64,000 bases of DNA, taken from Bdellovibrionales bacterium (GTDB taxonomy: Bacteria > Bdellovibrionota > Bdellovibrionia > Bdellovibrionales > DASUEL01). Made by a program: the position numbers and the translations under genes. The stretch lies in assembly GCA_050250255.1 (NCBI GenBank), contig JBFWOZ010000001.1, forward strand, positions 78,211 through 142,210, given 5' to 3'. The notes under the pieces were generated by a model. It ran no database searches. It was not told the origin of the DNA and saw only the letters and a program-made list of their open reading frames with translations. This document shows, piece by piece, positions 36,426 through 46,226 of this stretch; positions within the stretch are counted from its first letter, which is position 1, and every line of letters starts with the position of its first letter.

Positions 36426-37025
36426 ATGAAATGGATTGGACTCACCGGAGGTATAGCTTCGGGTAAATCAACGGTGTCAGATATCTTCAGGCGTCACGGG
36501 ATCCCTATTATAGATGCGGATGTCTTAGCTCGTAGGGTTGTCGAAAAGGGAAGTGATGGATTAAAAGACATCGTTACTGCCTTTGGTCCAGATATGTTGT
36601 CGCAGGACGGAAGTCTAGACAGAAAAAAAATGGCCGTGCGTGTGTTTCAAAATAAAAAAGATTTAGAAAAACTAGAAAACATTCTTCATCCTCGTGTTCG
36701 TCAATTATTCGATGCAGAAAAACACGCTTTGCAGAACCAAAACCATCGCTTTGGTATTTATGATGTGCCTTTGTTATTTGAAAAAAAAATGGAGCCACTT
36801 TTTGATGGCATCATTGTTGTTCACGCTTCACCAGAACTCCAAAAAGCGCGAATGAAAAAAAGAGACGCCTTAGGTGACGAAGAGATCACCCGTCGTTTGC
36901 AGTCGCAGATGGATCTTAAGGAAAAGGTCAAAAAAGCTCATTGGGTGATTCGAAACTCAGGCTCGCTCCAAGAATTAGAAAATCAAGTCACCGCACTAAT
37001 CACAAAACTACGAGGCTCTCCATAA
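36426..37025 (+). CDS. coaE: Dephospho-CoA kinase
   Basis: IGLTGGIASGKST, IIDAD, LENILHPRV, DVPLLFE. Confidence 0.96.
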   Translation: MKWIGLTGGIASGKSTVSDIFRRHGIPIIDADVLARRVVEKGSDGLKDIVTAFGPDMLSQDGSLDRKKMAVRVFQNKKDLEKLENILHPRVRQLFDAEKHALQNQNHRFGIYDVPLLFEKKMEPLFDGIIVVHASPELQKARMKKRDALGDEEITRRLQSQMDLKEKVKKAHWVIRNSGSLQELENQVTALITKLRGSP

Positions 37026-37134
37026 GAGACGGAGTCGAGGCGCGACCGAGGGGAGCGCGGAGGCCTACTTCCTGTAGGCCGCACAAGCGACCCGACCGAG
37101 CAACGAAGGATCCGGCTCTTATGGAGAGCCTCGT
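37010..37134. repeat. 125-bp MITE-like element with 19-bp terminal inverted repeats
   Basis: ACGAGGCTCTCCATAAGAG / CTCTTATGGAGAGCCTCGT, central GGCCTAC-TTCCT-GTAGGCC hairpin. Confidence 0.8.
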
Positions 37135-37772
37135 TACCAGGCCCATGAGTAGCCTATGACAAATTGGATTCCTACGTACTTTGTGCTCGCAAACACTTCG
37201 CAGTCGACTCTCGCACTGATTGGGTCATCCAAAAAATATTCGAAACCTGTGGCCCCACGAATTTGAAAATATTCATATTTTAAAAGCGTGTTGAGTTGTT
37301 CACTTGGCACAATTCTTACGGCGCCGGCCGCTTTGAGATAGTGGCGGGTAGGGTTGTTATGTTTAAAAACAAATTTTTTCCCTACACTTAAAACCCCTGT
37401 GCCATCGTTGATCACATCTGTGCCGACTTCCCAATGCCGACCGTTAGGATCGGGAAGCATAAAGTGAAATCCAAAGAGATGATGGAAAGTCAGATTTGAA
37501 AAACGGCTGGAATCAGAGCCCATTCCCAAGCGAGGAGAAATCGCGGTTTGGTAGGGATAAAAAGTTTCGTTTGTTTTTTTGACCGTGTTGTTTTTAAGAG
37601 GGGGAGGCTCAGCAATGTGCATTTCTTGAACGGCTGGTAGAACGTCTTGCTCTGTATTATGCTGAGTTGACTCTGACTCGACGAGAGTTGAGGGTTGCAC
37701 CTTAGGTGCGGAATACGCGAGGTGACCGCAAAATAAAACAAAAAAGAAGAAGGTCCTAATCAAGATGCTCAT
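37134..37772 (-). CDS. Putative small outer membrane beta-barrel protein
   Basis: Signal peptide, C-terminal VIGYSWAW. Confidence 0.65.
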   Translation of the reverse strand: MSILIRTFFFFVLFCGHLAYSAPKVQPSTLVESESTQHNTEQDVLPAVQEMHIAEPPPLKNNTVKKTNETFYPYQTAISPRLGMGSDSSRFSNLTFHHLFGFHFMLPDPNGRHWEVGTDVINDGTGVLSVGKKFVFKHNNPTRHYLKAAGAVRIVPSEQLNTLLKYEYFQIRGATGFEYFLDDPISARVDCEVFASTKYVGIQFVIGYSWAW

Positions 37773-37864
37773 CTTATCAAAGTATATACTAACAACTTTC
37801 CTTAAATTAGAATTTTCATAAAGAGTACGACGAAAGAATGTCTATTTTGTCCACGGAGGGATGC

Positions 37865-39016
37865 GTGTCTTGTCGGTCATTGTTACGAATATTAGGATGT
37901 TTTCTTGCATTATCGATTTCTCACCAAGTTTGGGCTCAAACGAATGTGAATCTTAATAACTCCATTCGCCATGACTATATCAGTCCAAGAGCACTAGGTA
38001 TGGGTGATGCTTTTACTGCGGTGGCCGACGATCACAACACTCTTTTTTATAATCCTGCAGGGTTAGCGTTTCTCCAAGAGGGTAATTTAAATTTGAAGTT
38101 GCAGGCGGGTGCAACACCTGAAGTGATGAACTTCACGCGCGACCTTCAATCGGCAACCGGCAAACCCACCGAAACTGAAAAAGTAAATGCGACGACCGAT
38201 CTCATTACACAAAATTTCGGAAAAGATTATTGGGCTCGTCCTTCCGTAGGTGGTATTTGGGTGCGACCTCTTTGGGGTGTGGCTTTCATTCCTCTCGATA
38301 CATCAATTGATCTGGCGATTCACCAACAGACGGGTCCCACTCTGAACGTTGAGGTTTATCAAGACTCCACCTTGGCTTACGGAACCGCTCGTACCTTCAT
38401 GGATAAGAAATTAGCGGTTGGTGTAACGGCCAAGGCTATTTACCGTGGATACGTAGGGAAGGCTGTGCAAGCTACTGAGCTTGTCGTGAACTCGGAGTAC
38501 TTTTCAAAGAAGGACGCTAAAGAGGGGATGACAATCGATGCGGATGTCGGCGCACTCTATCGCTCTCCGTTTTTTACGGATAAAGTGAAGCCCACATTTA
38601 GTGCTGTTTTAAGAAACGTGGCCGACTATGGATTTAAAAGAAACTTTCATTTGATTGATGCAAACTCTGAAGAACCCCCCAAATTGGATCGACGATTAGA
38701 TTTAGGTTCGAACTGGGAGTTTGGAAATTGGTGGATTTTTGCGCCTAGAGTGACGTTAGATGTAAGAGATATCGGTCACCGATTTTGGACGTTCCGCAAA
38801 GGGTTGCACGTGGGAGTGGAGCTTGATTGGCTTATCTCTTGGTGGCTTAAGGGCGGATACCGTATGGGGCTTTCGCAAGGGTATCTCACTGCCGGAGCTT
38901 CTGCGCAATTCTCTTGGTTTCGCTTAGATCTGGCAACCTTCAGTGAAGAATTGGGAACCTCTAATGCGAAAAAAGAAAATCGTCGTTGGATTCTCTCTGC
39001 GAGTTTAGACTTTTAA
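37865..39016 (+). CDS. FadL/PorV/TraF-like outer membrane barrel
   Basis: SPRALGMGDAFTAVADD..LFYNPAGLA plug motif, C-terminal ASLDF; start GTG after GGAGG. Confidence 0.78.
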   Translation: MSCRSLLRILGCFLALSISHQVWAQTNVNLNNSIRHDYISPRALGMGDAFTAVADDHNTLFYNPAGLAFLQEGNLNLKLQAGATPEVMNFTRDLQSATGKPTETEKVNATTDLITQNFGKDYWARPSVGGIWVRPLWGVAFIPLDTSIDLAIHQQTGPTLNVEVYQDSTLAYGTARTFMDKKLAVGVTAKAIYRGYVGKAVQATELVVNSEYFSKKDAKEGMTIDADVGALYRSPFFTDKVKPTFSAVLRNVADYGFKRNFHLIDANSEEPPKLDRRLDLGSNWEFGNWWIFAPRVTLDVRDIGHRFWTFRKGLHVGVELDWLISWWLKGGYRMGLSQGYLTAGASAQFSWFRLDLATFSEELGTSNAKKENRRWILSASLDF

Positions 39017-39540
39017 TTAAAATTATTTACGAGTGCGATGTGCGGCAAATTTCGATATTTGCCGTCGTAATCTAAGCCGTAACCTACGACGAAATCATTT
39101 CCGATTTCGAAGCCCACATGGTCCAACTGACATTTTGTTTTTAAAGCTGCCGGCTTAAAAAGAAGCGAAGCGGTTGTGATGCTTTTTGGTTCACGGGCTT
39201 GAAGATTTTTAACGAGATAATTCATCGTATTTCCCGTATCCACAATATCCTCTATCAGCAGAATGTGTTTTCCTTGAATGGGGCTTGTTAAATCCATAGT
39301 CAGTTTCACTTCGCCGGAAGATTGCATTTTGGCATAACTAGCAACACCAAAAAACTCACACTTCACATCGGTGTCAATGCGGCGAACGAGATCTGCAAAA
39401 AACATAAAAGCGCCACGTAAAACGCAGATGGCAACGACATCTTGATTCTTAAATTTCTTGGAGAGCTCCGCGCCCATTTCCTGAATACGTTTTTGAATTT
39501 TTTCTTCAGAAATCAATGTTTCGAGTTTCAAATTTTCCAC
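39013..39540 (-). CDS. hpt: Hypoxanthine phosphoribosyltransferase
   Basis: VLRGAFMFFADL, LLIEDIVDTGNT, FVVGYGLDY. Confidence 0.95.
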   Translation of the reverse strand: MENLKLETLISEEKIQKRIQEMGAELSKKFKNQDVVAICVLRGAFMFFADLVRRIDTDVKCEFFGVASYAKMQSSGEVKLTMDLTSPIQGKHILLIEDIVDTGNTMNYLVKNLQAREPKSITTASLLFKPAALKTKCQLDHVGFEIGNDFVVGYGLDYDGKYRNLPHIALVNNFN

Positions 39541-39589
39541 GGGACCTCCAAAAGAGAATAGCTTATGAAGTTATCAGATTCAGTGCCAC

Positions 39590-40390
39590 TTAGACAAAAG
39601 CATTATTGAGAATTTCGCCTAATCCACCAGCCCCAGGAACAATATACTGCTTATCGTTAAGGCCGCGTTCTTTATCCCAGTGCGTTCCGGGAGGAGTCCC
39701 TAGAACATTTTTAGGAGAAAGGCCTCGATCCAAACGTAGGGCATAGATACGAATGTCAGGATGAGCCGAAAGAACGTTTTTGAGGAATTCAGGGGTAATG
39801 ATCAAATGGAGGCACACAAAACGAGCTTTTTTGCCTTTAAACTTCTTCTTATAAAGCTCGAGCGTTGTCACGATCGTGCTACCGGTTGCACCCATAGGAT
39901 CGGCAAGAAACACAGTGGTATCGGCGACATCTCCACCAATTTTTACTCCACCGAGGCCCGCTCCCGTAACTTGATCTTTTTCATCTGTGAGTCGAGCGGC
40001 CCATACGTGATCTTGTCTCACAAGGTCAGGTTGTAGGGTGTGATTAAGAATTTTATAGCCAACTTGGCTTGCGGGAATTCCTGCTCGCGCAAGACTTACG
40101 CAGACCGCTTTTTGTTTTGGATCAATGACTTCGGAATCCAATTTTTGATCTTTATGGAACGCGGTCATTCGAGTCGCCACACGTACTTTTGCATGTTTTA
40201 ATTCGCGTCCCATCGAAAGTACGAAGAGATGAGCAAAAAGAGTTTCTACATATTCAAGGACTTGAGGCTGAATAGTCTGAGGCTGACTAAGTTTTGTCAG
40301 AAGAGAATTCAGATAAATGTCATTTACCAAAGTGACTTGTGATCCGTAGGAATGGGCTTGTTCGTAGGCATATGTTTTTTGTGATTTCAT
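39590..40390 (-). CDS. upp: Uracil phosphoribosyltransferase (divergent type)
   Basis: ADPMGATGST PRPP loop, GLNDKQYIVPGAG. Confidence 0.8.
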   Translation of the reverse strand: MKSQKTYAYEQAHSYGSQVTLVNDIYLNSLLTKLSQPQTIQPQVLEYVETLFAHLFVLSMGRELKHAKVRVATRMTAFHKDQKLDSEVIDPKQKAVCVSLARAGIPASQVGYKILNHTLQPDLVRQDHVWAARLTDEKDQVTGAGLGGVKIGGDVADTTVFLADPMGATGSTIVTTLELYKKKFKGKKARFVCLHLIITPEFLKNVLSAHPDIRIYALRLDRGLSPKNVLGTPPGTHWDKERGLNDKQYIVPGAGGLGEILNNAFV

Positions 40391-40434
40391 TGAGGATGAA
40401 TTAAAGCCCTGGGTCTTATAAAGGTCAAGGTGAA

Positions 40435-41496
40435 TTACTTTGCGCTTTCAACTTCTAGAATGATGACAAGTCCGCTTTGTTTATTTTGGAAGCGTTCGGA
40501 TCTATAAATGCTAAGGAATTGATTCGAGAGGAAACTTTGCAATTCATTTTGGCTCACAGGTGGTCTGTTTTCTAGAAGTCCTGTGATATAAATAGCGCTT
40601 TTGGGACTCACTGCTAAGTCGCGAGAAAGAGAAATGGATTCTACTTGGGTTGTATTCGGCTTACCAATCAGTCGACGTCCCTCTAGAGCCAAATTCATTC
40701 CTGTCTCTGCGGGCGTATTCGCACGAATTTGGAGTGAAAGACCAATCTCAGAATGAATTCTTTGATCGTACGAAAGAAAGTTGAATTCATTAGGACTTTG
40801 TTCATCGAAAGATATTTTTTGCTGAACGGAGCCGTGTTTATCAATGCTTGTATTAAAAGTTCGAAATTTATCTTCAGCCGTATTTTGGTTCGCTTCGAGT
40901 CGTATCACACCAATGATCGGTTGGTCGGAGGCTATGGTGCCGAGCGCGGCCTGGAAAATATCATAGTTCACTTCGTAAAAACTGAGACGAAAGTTGGTGG
41001 GGGTCCACTTTGTTGCTGCCGGCTGCGCGTTTTCCGTTTTTGCGGGAGGTGTCGCGGAAACAGCGGTTTCAGTGGTGGGAGCTAGGGCTTCGGTCGAGGC
41101 GGTTTCAGAAAAACCTACAGGAGAGTCTTCGGTGGGAGCTGCTTCCGGTAAAGTATTGGCAGGAGTTGGCGCTGGGGGGGGCGCGGGAGTGGGCGTCTGA
41201 GTCGAGGTTGTTGAAGTGGTGGTAACTGGACGTTCAGCGGGAATATTGTTCGCTTGAGGGGTTGGAGTGGCAGTTTGCGCAGGACTAACGGCCTGAATAT
41301 TGTTCGAGGGTGTCGATATTTTTATTAAAATAACCACGATGCAGATGCAAATCAGAACTGCAGGGAGGCCGATTAAAAAAGTTTTGCTTGTTAAGAAGTG
41401 GGGAACGGCTGAGCCACGATAGAGAGACACGTCTACGCCACATTGGGCGCAAAATCGATCTTGGGGTTGGTCAAAACCACATTTTGGACAATTCAT
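40435..41496 (-). CDS. Zinc-ribbon membrane-anchored hypothetical protein with Pro/Thr linker
   Basis: CPKCG...FCAQCG, TM helix, P/T-rich linker, beta-rich C-terminal domain. Confidence 0.75.
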   Translation of the reverse strand: MNCPKCGFDQPQDRFCAQCGVDVSLYRGSAVPHFLTSKTFLIGLPAVLICICIVVILIKISTPSNNIQAVSPAQTATPTPQANNIPAERPVTTTSTTSTQTPTPAPPPAPTPANTLPEAAPTEDSPVGFSETASTEALAPTTETAVSATPPAKTENAQPAATKWTPTNFRLSFYEVNYDIFQAALGTIASDQPIIGVIRLEANQNTAEDKFRTFNTSIDKHGSVQQKISFDEQSPNEFNFLSYDQRIHSEIGLSLQIRANTPAETGMNLALEGRRLIGKPNTTQVESISLSRDLAVSPKSAIYITGLLENRPPVSQNELQSFLSNQFLSIYRSERFQNKQSGLVIILEVESAK

Positions 41497-41535
41497 GAAA
41501 AACCCTACTTTCAGAGTAGCATACACAAGCATTCA

Positions 41536-41564
41536 TTGAATGAAAAATCGTCAGTTGATAAAAT
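41536..41564 (+). promoter_or_regulatory. sigma70-type promoter of the dcw operon (possibly leaderless rsmH)
   Basis: TTGAAT-N17-TAAAAT with extended TG, 5 nt before ATG 41570. Confidence 0.6.
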
Positions 41565-41569
41565 GGGTC

Positions 41570-42442
41570 ATGTTGCATCAGCCTGTTTTACTTCAAGAGG
41601 TTATGAATTTGCTAGAAGAAATGTCGAGATCTCCTCGTCGCATCATGGATGGCACTTTTGGTAGAGGTGGGCACACTCGTGCATTTCTACAAAAATATCC
41701 AGAAGCTCAAGTTGTTGCGTGTGATCGTGATGCTGAAGCCATCACTTATGGTGAAGAAGAGTTAAAAGAATCTGTAAAGCAGAACAAACTCATTTTTAAA
41801 CATAAAAACTTTGCAGAAATTCGCTCTGAAGAAGTGGGTCATTTTGATGGCATTCTTGTGGACTTGGGTGTGAGTTCTCCACAGTTAGATCAAGGCCATC
41901 GTGGTTTTAGCTTTTTACATGACGGTCCACTTGATATGCGAATGGATGTTCGTGAAACTCTAACGGCTGCAGAAATTGTAAACACCTGGTCTTCGTCTGA
42001 ACTCAAAAGAATTTTTGTAGAATTAGGGGAAGTTTCTCGGCCTGATAGAGCGATTCAGAACATTGTAAAAGAACGTCAACTTCAGGCTTTTGAAACAACC
42101 GCGCAGTTGGCGGATACCATCGCAAAAGCGGATGGGTGGAGAAGAAAAGGTTTTCATCCTGCCACTCAATATTTTATGGCTTTACGTATGCAAGTGAATC
42201 ACGAGTTAGAAAGTATAGATTCTGCTTTAGAAACACTGATTGACTGCTTAGAGCCTCAAGGTCGTCTGATGATCATCACCTTCCACTCCATCGAAGATCG
42301 TTTGGTGAAATACAAATTAAAATCTTTGCTCCACTTAGGAAGTTTGGTGAACAAAAAAGTGATCAAACCAAGCTGGAACGAGCAAAAAAACAATCCCCGT
42401 GCAAGAAGCGCCAAACTCCGCTGCTTCGAAAGAGGTGTGTAA
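41570..42442 (+). CDS. rsmH: 16S rRNA m4C1402 methyltransferase RsmH (MraW)
   Basis: HQPVLL, DGTFGRGGH, DLGVSSPQLD, PLDMRMD, NPRARSAKLR. Confidence 0.96.
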   Translation: MLHQPVLLQEVMNLLEEMSRSPRRIMDGTFGRGGHTRAFLQKYPEAQVVACDRDAEAITYGEEELKESVKQNKLIFKHKNFAEIRSEEVGHFDGILVDLGVSSPQLDQGHRGFSFLHDGPLDMRMDVRETLTAAEIVNTWSSSELKRIFVELGEVSRPDRAIQNIVKERQLQAFETTAQLADTIAKADGWRRKGFHPATQYFMALRMQVNHELESIDSALETLIDCLEPQGRLMIITFHSIEDRLVKYKLKSLLHLGSLVNKKVIKPSWNEQKNNPRARSAKLRCFERGV

Positions 42443-42741
42443 TGTCCAGTGCGTCTTATTTTAAACTCCGACCCTTTGTGAGCATTGCGATTATTACTTG
42501 CACTCTCTTCGCGATTGTTTTCTTTAAAATGGAAGTGCGACGCATGGGCTATTCCGTTTGGAGACTTTCGCGATTTGAGCGTGCGGCTGCGGATAAAAAA
42601 CGTTTAAAGGTGATCGATTACGCAAAACTCAATAGCCCCGGGCGGATCGAGCAGATTGCGCAAAAGCAGTTGGCTCTTGCCAAACCTAATCGTGGCCAGA
42701 TGGTTCAAATGAATGGCGAAATTGTTGTGTTACAACAGTAG
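42442..42741 (+). CDS. ftsL: Cell division protein FtsL-like
   Basis: TM, coiled coil, LNSPGRIEQIAQKQLAL; between rsmH and ftsI. Confidence 0.8.
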   Translation: MSSASYFKLRPFVSIAIITCTLFAIVFFKMEVRRMGYSVWRLSRFERAAADKKRLKVIDYAKLNSPGRIEQIAQKQLALAKPNRGQMVQMNGEIVVLQQ

Positions 42742-42756
42742 ATGCAGCAGTAAAGG

Positions 42757-44718
42757 TTGAAGATGAAATCGAGATTGGTTGTTGTTTTTTTTATTTGTAG
42801 TGTGATGTGGTGTGGATTAGTTTTTCGAGCTGCTTTTTTGCAGATCTTGCCAAACGCACGTCTTGAAAAATTGCATTCGAAGCAATTTAATACAGTCGTG
42901 GCTTTAACTCCTCGTCGGGGATTGATTCTCGATCGAAACGGGGTGGAGCTCGCAGCCTCGGTGGCCGCTTATTCTCTCTATGCAGACCCTTCTCTCGTGG
43001 ACTCACCTCGCAAGACGGCCTTTAAGTTAGCTCCATTGATCGGCGAAAGTCCCGATCGTCTGTATAAAAAAATGAAAGATCGCGATCGTCGGTTTACATG
43101 GCTCGCTCGTCGCTTAGATCTTAGAGCGAAAGAAAAAATAGATAAGTTAAAACTTCGGGGTGTGGAATTTGTCGAAGAGAGTCGTCGCATTTTTCCTAAT
43201 GAATATATGCTCTCTCAGGTTTTAGGTTTTGTGGGGAACGAAGGTCAAGGTCTTGAAGGATTAGAAGCGCGTTTCGAAGACACTCTTCAGGGGAAGAAAA
43301 AGAAAATTTCTATGAGCCGCGATGCTCGTGGACGTCCGCTGATTGTTAACGGGCGCGTGTTTAGTGAGGCGGTTGATGGATCAGACATTCAACTGACCAT
43401 CGACTCCACTTTGCAATACGCTTTGGAGCAAGAGTTAGATGCAGCTGCAAAAGCGCAGGATGCGATTTCTGCAGTGGGAGTCGTGCTCGATGCACAAACT
43501 TCAGAAATTTTGGCCATGGCTTCTTTGCCGACATTTAATCCTAACCAACCTCTAAAATTTGTAGGTGATCATCGTCGTAACCGCAGTATTACAGATCCTA
43601 TCGAACCCGGCAGTACCATCAAAACTTTTACCATTGCCGGGATTTTAAAGGCGGGACTTGCGGCGCCAAACACAAAGTTTGATTGTGAAAACGGTTCTTT
43701 TAAAATTGGAAAAAGAAAAATTGGCGAGGCCCATCGAGACCAACACTGGGGTATGCTCACCGTGAGCGAGATCCTTGCGCTTTCTTCGAACATTGGCAGC
43801 GCTAAAATTGGTTTTCAAATGGGAGCCCCTTACTTAGAGCAGACGCTTCGTGAATTTGGATTTGGTGAAAAAACGGGAATAGAATTAACGGGTGAATCTC
43901 GAGGATTAATCCCACCACTTCCATGGAACGATCATTTGCTCGCCAATATTTCTTTTGGCCATGGGATTTCAACCACACCGCTTCAGTTAGCAAATGCGTA
44001 TGCCGCAGTGGCAAATGGGGGTGTTCTCAACAGGCCCTTTCTTGTAAAAGAAATTCGCAATAAAGAAACCGGTGAAGTTGAATTTTTTGAGCCTAAAAAA
44101 ATACGTAAAGTCTTAGAGGAGAAAGATGCCGCTTCGTTGAGATACATGCTTATGGGAGTCACTTCTGAGGGTGCGACGGGCATTAAAGCCAGAGTCAAAG
44201 GCTTTCCCGTGGCAGGAAAAACCGGAACCTCACAAAAGTTAAAAGAAGACGGGACATATTCACACCAATCTTTTATTTCCAGCTTTGCGGGTTTTATTCC
44301 TGCTAACGATCCTAAATATGTAATCTACATCGCGGTGGATGATCCCAAGGTGAGCTATTACGGTTCGGAGCTTGCGGCCCCCATTTTTTCTAAAATTGCT
44401 TCTATAGCAGTTCGTCGTGGCGGATTATCACCTACTTTGATTTCTCAAGAGAATGTTCTTCGCTCTGGAGGATTTACAACGGCTAACAATAACAAGATCG
44501 CTCGCCATGTGGCCGCTCAAGTTGATGCGGAAGGTGCCGTAATGCCCTCTTTAAAAGGCTTAACTCTTCGAGAGGCACTTTCACTTCTTCAGCCTCACGG
44601 CATTCAAGTGAAGATTTCGGGCCATGGGCGTGTTGCGAGTATGTGGCCAGAGGCCGGGCAACCATTTACAGAGTCGCGCAAAGTTCATCTTTTTTTAGAG
44701 GATAAAGTTTCTCGATGA
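42757..44718 (+). CDS. ftsI: Penicillin-binding protein FtsI with C-terminal PASTA-like domain
   Basis: RGLILDRNG, EPGSTIK (SxxK), SSN, KTGT. Confidence 0.93.
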   Translation: MKMKSRLVVVFFICSVMWCGLVFRAAFLQILPNARLEKLHSKQFNTVVALTPRRGLILDRNGVELAASVAAYSLYADPSLVDSPRKTAFKLAPLIGESPDRLYKKMKDRDRRFTWLARRLDLRAKEKIDKLKLRGVEFVEESRRIFPNEYMLSQVLGFVGNEGQGLEGLEARFEDTLQGKKKKISMSRDARGRPLIVNGRVFSEAVDGSDIQLTIDSTLQYALEQELDAAAKAQDAISAVGVVLDAQTSEILAMASLPTFNPNQPLKFVGDHRRNRSITDPIEPGSTIKTFTIAGILKAGLAAPNTKFDCENGSFKIGKRKIGEAHRDQHWGMLTVSEILALSSNIGSAKIGFQMGAPYLEQTLREFGFGEKTGIELTGESRGLIPPLPWNDHLLANISFGHGISTTPLQLANAYAAVANGGVLNRPFLVKEIRNKETGEVEFFEPKKIRKVLEEKDAASLRYMLMGVTSEGATGIKARVKGFPVAGKTGTSQKLKEDGTYSHQSFISSFAGFIPANDPKYVIYIAVDDPKVSYYGSELAAPIFSKIASIAVRRGGLSPTLISQENVLRSGGFTTANNNKIARHVAAQVDAEGAVMPSLKGLTLREALSLLQPHGIQVKISGHGRVASMWPEAGQPFTESRKVHLFLEDKVSR

Positions 44719-46226
44719 AACTACAGAAAAAGCTCACAGAATTACTGGAGTCGCACCTCGCAGCTGGTGTAGTGAAGCGAGTTCAAGGCTCCCCGGAAAC
44801 GACTGTTACAGGTTTGTGCGCAGATAGCCGTAAACTTCAACCTGGTTTTTTATTTGTTGCGACCCGGGGAAGCGTAGACGATTCTCACAAATATTTAAAG
44901 CAAGTTGTGGAAGCAGGTGCTGTCGCTCTCTTAGTAGAAAAACGAGATTTGGTTCCAAAAGAATTTCAAGGTCCCGTGTATGTTGCCTCTCATCCCAAAA
45001 AAATTCTTGGTGAGCTGGCCGAGACATGGAACGAATCGCCTTCCGATAAAATGTTTTGTGTGGGAATCACGGGGACTAACGGTAAAACGACCACGAGTCA
45101 CATGGTAGAATGGCTCTTCCAAACAAAAGCACCTTGTGCCGTTATTGGTACCATAGACCACCATTTGGGTTCGCGTGTTTGGGAAACAGATCTTACAACG
45201 CCCGGGGTGACAGAGCTACAATCCCGCCTAAAAGATTTCGTTCAGGCAGGAGCACAGTCACTGAGTATTGAAGTTTCGAGTCATGCGCTGGTGCAGGGGC
45301 GTGCTGACAATATTCAATTTGATGTCGCTATTTTTACGAATCTTTCGAGAGACCATTTAGATTTTCATAAAACCTTTGAAGACTACTTTGATGCAAAAGC
45401 TCGTCTTTTTCGTGAGCTGATTGTCCATTCAAGAAAAAAAACAAAAGGCATGGTCATCAATACGGATGATGCATTTGGAAAAAAACTTTATCAAGAAATG
45501 AAAAGCCAAAAATCTTCGGTGATTGGTTACGGACTTTCGGGGGCGGAGCTATCGGCGCATATTCTGTCCATCCGTTTTGAGGGAACCGAGTTTGAGTGTT
45601 CTTACGGAAAGGAAAAGCAAAAATTTTTCCTGCCTGCACCAAGTCGACATAATGTTTACAATGCCCTTGCGAGTATTGGAGCGGCTTTATTTTACGGAAT
45701 GAATTTAAAAGAATGTGCCGAGCGGCTCTCGCAATTCCCTGTTGTGCGCGGAAGATTAGAGCCGGTAGTAAATTCTAAGTCTCTGAACGTCTTTGTGGAC
45801 TACGCGCATACGGATGATGCTCTTTCGAGTGTTTTAAAATCACTCCATGATTTAAAAGTGCTGAGTTCACCGTACTCTCGCATCATCACGGTCTTTGGTT
45901 GTGGTGGGGATCGGGATAAGGGGAAGCGGCCGCTCATGGCGCAAGCAGCACTTCAACATTCCGATGTGGTTATTGTAACCTCGGATAATCCGCGTACGGA
46001 GGATCCTCAGCAGATTGTAAATGATGTTCTTGCGGGGGTCGCTACAGATCAAAAACAGAAGGTAGAAATAATCATCGACCGAAAAAAAGCGATTGGCCGC
46101 GCTCTCGAAATAGCAAGGGCCCACGACGTAATTCTTATTGCGGGTAAAGGCCACGAGGATTACCAAATTATTGGAAAAGAAAAAATTCACTTTAGCGACC
46201 GTGAAGTGGTAGAGTCTTATTTATGA
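44715..46226 (+). CDS. murE: UDP-MurNAc-tripeptide ligase MurE (meso-DAP type)
   Basis: GTNGKTT, EVSSH, VDYAHT, GCGGDRD, DNPR. Confidence 0.96.
   Translation: MKLQKKLTELLESHLAAGVVKRVQGSPETTVTGLCADSRKLQPGFLFVATRGSVDDSHKYLKQVVEAGAVALLVEKRDLVPKEFQGPVYVASHPKKILGELAETWNESPSDKMFCVGITGTNGKTTTSHMVEWLFQTKAPCAVIGTIDHHLGSRVWETDLTTPGVTELQSRLKDFVQAGAQSLSIEVSSHALVQGRADNIQFDVAIFTNLSRDHLDFHKTFEDYFDAKARLFRELIVHSRKKTKGMVINTDDAFGKKLYQEMKSQKSSVIGYGLSGAELSAHILSIRFEGTEFECSYGKEKQKFFLPAPSRHNVYNALASIGAALFYGMNLKECAERLSQFPVVRGRLEPVVNSKSLNVFVDYAHTDDALSSVLKSLHDLKVLSSPYSRIITVFGCGGDRDKGKRPLMAQAALQHSDVVIVTSDNPRTEDPQQIVNDVLAGVATDQKQKVEIIIDRKKAIGRALEIARAHDVILIAGKGHEDYQIIGKEKIHFSDREVVESYL

Noticed and set aside
32328..37134. 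CRISPR array interpretation of the palindromic elements
   Set aside because: No regularly spaced direct repeats with spacers and no cas genes
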